Positions 60,158-64,000 of a stretch of DNA of 64,000 nt are shown here, in pieces. The notes under the pieces are model-generated. The model saw only the letters and a list, made by a program, of their open reading frames with translations, did no database searches and was not told where the DNA came from. The position numbers and the translations under genes were made by a program. This stretch comes from Candidatus Hydrogenedentota bacterium (GTDB taxonomy: Bacteria; Hydrogenedentota; Hydrogenedentia; Hydrogenedentales; SLHB01). Positions within the stretch are counted from its first letter, which is position 1. The number at the start of each line of letters is the position of its first letter. The DNA is taken from NCBI GenBank assembly GCA_963674865.2, contig CAXXYE010000008.1, positions 448,001 to 512,000 of the forward strand, read 5' to 3'.

Positions 60158-61252
60158 TTGGCGGATCGAGGTGAAGAGCAAGCCAATGACAAGATGCGTC
60201 TGTGCCCGACGTGCCGGATGGCGATCAGCGTTCTGGCCACAAAGTGCCGGCACTGCGGGGAGAATGTCGGGCGGCCCAGGGACGAAGCGCGGCAACTGTC
60301 AGTCGACGACCTGGGTGGGGATGTCCAAGATCAATACGTTCCATCGGGCAGCGTGATCGATGCCCTCGAGGCGTATCGGGCCGAGGAATTCTCGCCGTCG
60401 GCATCCGAGAAAGACTCGAAACACAAGGGCGCACGCCACGGAGAGGGGCGAGGGAGAGGGCAATTCGAGGAAAGCGGAGGGGAGGAGGACGGAATCGACG
60501 TCAGCGGCCTCCCGGGACTTGACCAGCGCGACGATCCGCTGGCCTCGCTGTTTGTGCCGGTGCATCCCAAACAACCGGCCAAGCCCGCAGCGCCTTCATG
60601 GCGCAAGAATGTGTTGATGCTCGGATACTTCATGGCCGCGGTCATCGTACTCTACTTCGGTGGAGGGTTCGCAACGGCCAAGATACGAGATTACATTGCA
60701 GCGAAGAACGCGCCGCCAGTTACGTACATCGAGAACAAGGCGTTGACATATCTGGAGCGAGGCGAATTGATCCCGGCGCTCCAGGAGGCCCTTCAGGCGC
60801 TGTCGGAACACGACACCGACGAAAACCGGAGGATCGTGAATCAGGCCAGGCGGGAAATCGCGTGGCAAGTCGCGGATTACCTGGACGCCGACCCGTGGAC
60901 GCGGGACTTCCTCATGAAGGCATCACAGCTTGCCAACCAGGCGTATCAGATCGACTCAAGCGAACTAATTGCCAAGGTTCGCGAAGAGGTCGAGCAGGAG
61001 AACAAGGACTACGGGATGACCCTCACGGACACGGATGCCGCTTCGAGGGCCGCCGTTCTCCAGCTCTATAACGGCAAGACCATCACGGTGATGGAAGACA
61101 AGAAGACGCTGGTAAACGGGCGGTTTCTTGTCAAGAGGGTCGCCACCGACGAGGTATGGCTCGAAGACACGATGCGGCAACGCGAGGAGAAATACGGCCG
61201 GAACCGCATCGTCATCTTTCCCAAACGCGGCCTGCCTCGCGGCCACTCCTAG
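60158..61252 (+). CDS. Hypothetical single-pass membrane protein with N-terminal zinc ribbon
   Basis: AGGAGG RBS before TTG; CPTC-x9-CRHC; TM LMLGYFMAAVIVLYFGGGF; helical C-terminal domain. Confidence 0.7.
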   Translation: MADRGEEQANDKMRLCPTCRMAISVLATKCRHCGENVGRPRDEARQLSVDDLGGDVQDQYVPSGSVIDALEAYRAEEFSPSASEKDSKHKGARHGEGRGRGQFEESGGEEDGIDVSGLPGLDQRDDPLASLFVPVHPKQPAKPAAPSWRKNVLMLGYFMAAVIVLYFGGGFATAKIRDYIAAKNAPPVTYIENKALTYLERGELIPALQEALQALSEHDTDENRRIVNQARREIAWQVADYLDADPWTRDFLMKASQLANQAYQIDSSELIAKVREEVEQENKDYGMTLTDTDAASRAAVLQLYNGKTITVMEDKKTLVNGRFLVKRVATDEVWLEDTMRQREEKYGRNRIVIFPKRGLPRGHS

Positions 61253-61569
61253 GCGCCCGTACTTGAAGCGCTATCGAGGGTGTGTTGTGCCGCATTCGTG
61301 CGTTGTTCTTCCCGCTCTAAGATCTTCGCGGTGAACGCGTTGGCGATGCGAAAAGACTTACCAAGGGGCCGGGGAGAGCTGGGGGGCAGGGCCATTTCCC
61401 GGTGTCTTGTCTTTTGCGCTGTGCGTCTGCTCGGATAAGGAGTTCTTACGCCCGGTGCTTCCCACAGAGATTTATGCTATCATGCGCCTCGGTCAGCTAC
61501 GTTAGTACATAGGGAGACGGTCTTGTCGCAGAAGTGCCCCGGCGGGCCGCGAAAAAGGGTTGTGCGTGA

Positions 61570-62190
61570 ATGAAACATATCGTCATGCGTTGGCTATTGG
61601 TATGTGTCCTGTCCTGCTTACTTCTCTCGTGTGCGGGTCTACGCGGCGGCGGCGACGCGCCCGCCGAGAGAACGGACGCCACAGTGCGGGAAACCGGCGA
61701 TTCCGAGCGCGAAGCCAGTCTCAAACGTGCCGTGCGAGACTACATCGAGAAGGTCGGCACGCGTGACGACAGTGGACAAGCGGCCGTGGTCAGGTACAAG
61801 CCGTACTTCTGCAAGGTGTACGAATGCTATCCGGAAGGCCCGGATGCTTTTGACTTCTCGCTGCGCGAGACGGAATCTCGGACGACGCCTATAGTGGCAA
61901 ATGTAACGGCGCGGAAGATCCGCTATGCGACGCGCCTGCACCATAAGCGGGAAGATGCCCGGCAGGACGACACTCTGATCCGAGAGTCGGGGATGGAGAC
62001 GATGACTTTCGAGTTGCGCCACAACCAATGGGTGCGCGTGGGCGGCCTGTTCGTCAGTGAGCGTAAGGAGCGCAGTGTCGAGGGTAGATGGATTCCCGTC
62101 GAAGAAGAGGCGGAGCAGGCATCGGGCGCCGAGGGGGCGGACGAGAAGGGGCGTCTGGGTCGCTTCTGGTCGCGGCTTTTCGGTGGCTAG
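61570..62190 (+). CDS. Hypothetical lipoprotein
   Basis: MKHIVMRWLLVCVLSCLLLSC lipobox-like start; 206-aa ORF. Confidence 0.65.
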   Translation: MKHIVMRWLLVCVLSCLLLSCAGLRGGGDAPAERTDATVRETGDSEREASLKRAVRDYIEKVGTRDDSGQAAVVRYKPYFCKVYECYPEGPDAFDFSLRETESRTTPIVANVTARKIRYATRLHHKREDARQDDTLIRESGMETMTFELRHNQWVRVGGLFVSERKERSVEGRWIPVEEEAEQASGAEGADEKGRLGRFWSRLFGG

Positions 62191-62212
62191 TGCGCCCATG
62201 GGGGTAGGCCGG

Positions 62213-63558
62213 ATGGACCCGGATGACACCGGGGCGGTTGGGGCATACGGCGAGGATATCCCTCATCAGCAGGGCATTGGGTTCCGTGGTTCGGTGCGGG
62301 TCTTCGAGTACCTTGTACTCTGGGCGGCGCTCGTGTTTGTTCTGCTGGGAACCGATGCGAAGTCGCTTGGGGACACGGCTACAAGCCGGCTCGCCACGGT
62401 GTGGAGCCTGACGCGGCATCACACATTCTATATCGACCGCCCGGCCGGCGAGGCGCCGAACCCCTTCGAACAGCGCACGGTGGACAAGGCGATGGCCAAT
62501 GGCCGCCTCATCTCTACCAAGCCTCCCATTCTGCCGCTTCTCATGACTGGCGAGTACATCGTCATGAGGAAGCTGCTAGGATGGCAGCTCGAACGCCCTG
62601 ACGACGTGCAGCGCCTGGTGTGGGTGATGTCCGTCACTCTCGTCGGGGGCGCGTACCTCATCACATTGCTGTTCTTCCTGCGGACGCTGCGCTTTGTGGT
62701 CCAAGATCCGGCGATTCGCGTGTTGCTGGCCCTGTCTCTGGCGTTCTGCACCCAGCTCTGGGGCTATTCGACCACCATCAACAATCATGTGCCCGCCGCG
62801 GGGCGCTCATGGTGGCGCTCTATTTCGCCGTCGGCCTCGGAACGGGCAAGTTGGCCCCGGCGGCCTGGCGGTTCTTCCTCTTCGGACTGGCCGGGGGGCT
62901 GACTATCACGCTCGATATGCCGGCCGGTGTCTTTGTCTTCCTCGCTGGGGTGTTCTTGCTGCGGGCTCATCCGCGGGCGACACTGGGCTGGGGCGCTCTT
63001 GGGGCGGCGCTTCCCCTGGGCGTCCACGTGGCCGTCATGCTGGCCGTGACGGGCAGCCCCTTGCCGGTTCAAGTCCACAGGGATTGGTACCTCTACGAGT
63101 CTTCTTACTGGCGTCACCCGCGAGGTGTGGATGCCCTCAACGAGCCCAAACTTACGTATCTCTTCCACATGACCTTCGGGCGTGCAGGAATATTTGTGCT
63201 CTATCCGATTCTGCTGCTCGGGCCTGCGGCGGCTCTGCGGTCCCTTGTGCGCAGGCAGACGCCGTACCGGTGGGCCGTGCTCGCCGGAGCCGGCGGCTTC
63301 ATGCTGTTGACGGCGTACTATGTGCTTCGCACAAACAACTATGGCGGCGAGGCGTACGGATTCCGCTGGTATATCGCGGCGATGCCGGTCCTGCTGCTGA
63401 TGGGAGCGCCGCTTCTGGATTCCGTGCGCAGCCGGTGGAAGTGGATCTTCATCAGCCTGATGATCGGCGTGTCCCTTTACTCGGCTTGGGAATGTACGAT
63501 GACCCCGTGGCGGGCCAATCAGGCCTGGCCTTGCCGCTTTCTCGGCACGAATTATTGA
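62213..63558 (+). CDS. Polytopic membrane protein, putative GT-C glycosyltransferase, frameshifted near 62800
   Basis: SRLATVWSL, TVDK, STKPP, NNHVPAA. Adding one G at 62800-62803 joins to GALMVALYF...NNYGGEAYGFRWY; many TM segments. Confidence 0.65.
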
Positions 63559-63600
63559 CTTCGCGCCCGTCGGTAACTGCATCGTTCCTACGTCCTCCTT

Positions 63601-63629
63601 TTGATGCTTTGGGGGCTTTCTCCTATAAT
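63601..63629 (+). promoter_or_regulatory. Sigma70-type promoter
   Basis: TTGATG-17 bp-TATAAT. Confidence 0.6.
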
Positions 63630-63703
63630 CGCGTGTTCTGGAGTGTTTCCGCCGAGCCGTGTTGTGTTCTTAGTCCAAATAAGAGCAATTGGAGTGGAGT
63701 TAG

Positions 63704-64000
63704 GTGAGCGAGGATTTGCGACGCCCTGAAGAGGAGTTGCCCCGGGCCGAAGCGCCGGCGGCCGTACCGGGCCGCGCCCGTCCCGTTCTGGAGGGCCGTG
63801 AAGGAGTAGAGACGGCTCAGATATGGATTAGCGCGTTTCTGGTGGTCGTGGTCGGCGTCATCGCTTACGGAAACTCGCTCGGCGGGCCTTTCCACACTGA
63901 GGACTACCTCCGCATCGTCTACAACGAGCCGGTTCATCACCTGACGACGTTCCCTCAGGCGCTGGATGCACGGCTGCCGCGGCCCCTCACGATGCTCACA
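63704..64000 (+). CDS. TMTC-like GT-C membrane protein, N-terminal fragment (truncated by window)
   Basis: Manual translation from GTG at 63704: ...WISAFLVVVVGVIAYGNSLGGPFHTEDYLRIVYN...RPLTMLT, matching the TMTC-type 'Y.NSL...F..DD...N...RPL' pattern. Confidence 0.6.
   Translation, partial: MSEDLRRPEEELPRAEAPAAVPGRARPVLEGREGVETAQIWISAFLVVVVGVIAYGNSLGGPFHTEDYLRIVYNEPVHHLTTFPQALDARLPRPLTMLT

Noticed and set aside
1..64000. CRISPR array, cas genes, prophage, integrase or defence system
   Set aside because: No regularly spaced repeats and no recognisable Cas, phage or integrase motifs were seen.

Overview
GC-rich bacterial chromosome segment. Lipoproteins with a 'GCP' motif, large PQQ-repeat and CarboxypepD_reg proteins and many CAZymes suggest a glycan-degrading lineage such as Hydrogenedentota or PVC (inference only). 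Core genes are dnaG-rpoD-tRNA(CAT), an rlmI-like gene, ilvE and five tRNAs (Ala-GGC, Phe-GAA, Thr-CGT, Ile2-CAT, Val-GAC). The window also holds many carbohydrate, sulfate and sialate catabolic genes and one complete IS4-family element with terminal inverted repeats and a 9-bp target duplication. The most notable locus is a compact bacterial microcompartment (BMC) operon at 53588-59861. It resembles the Haliangium ochraceum (HO) type: BMC-Tdp, BMC-H, three BMC-P, BMC-Ts, an acylating aldehyde dehydrogenase and a class II aldolase, both enzymes carrying encapsulation-peptide-like extensions. Here these genes form one contiguous operon, preceded by an IlvE-type aminotransferase and interrupted by a streptothricin-acetyltransferase-like GNAT. 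Four genes carry five single-base frameshifts at G/C runs, most likely sequencing or assembly errors. No CRISPR array, prophage or integrase was seen.
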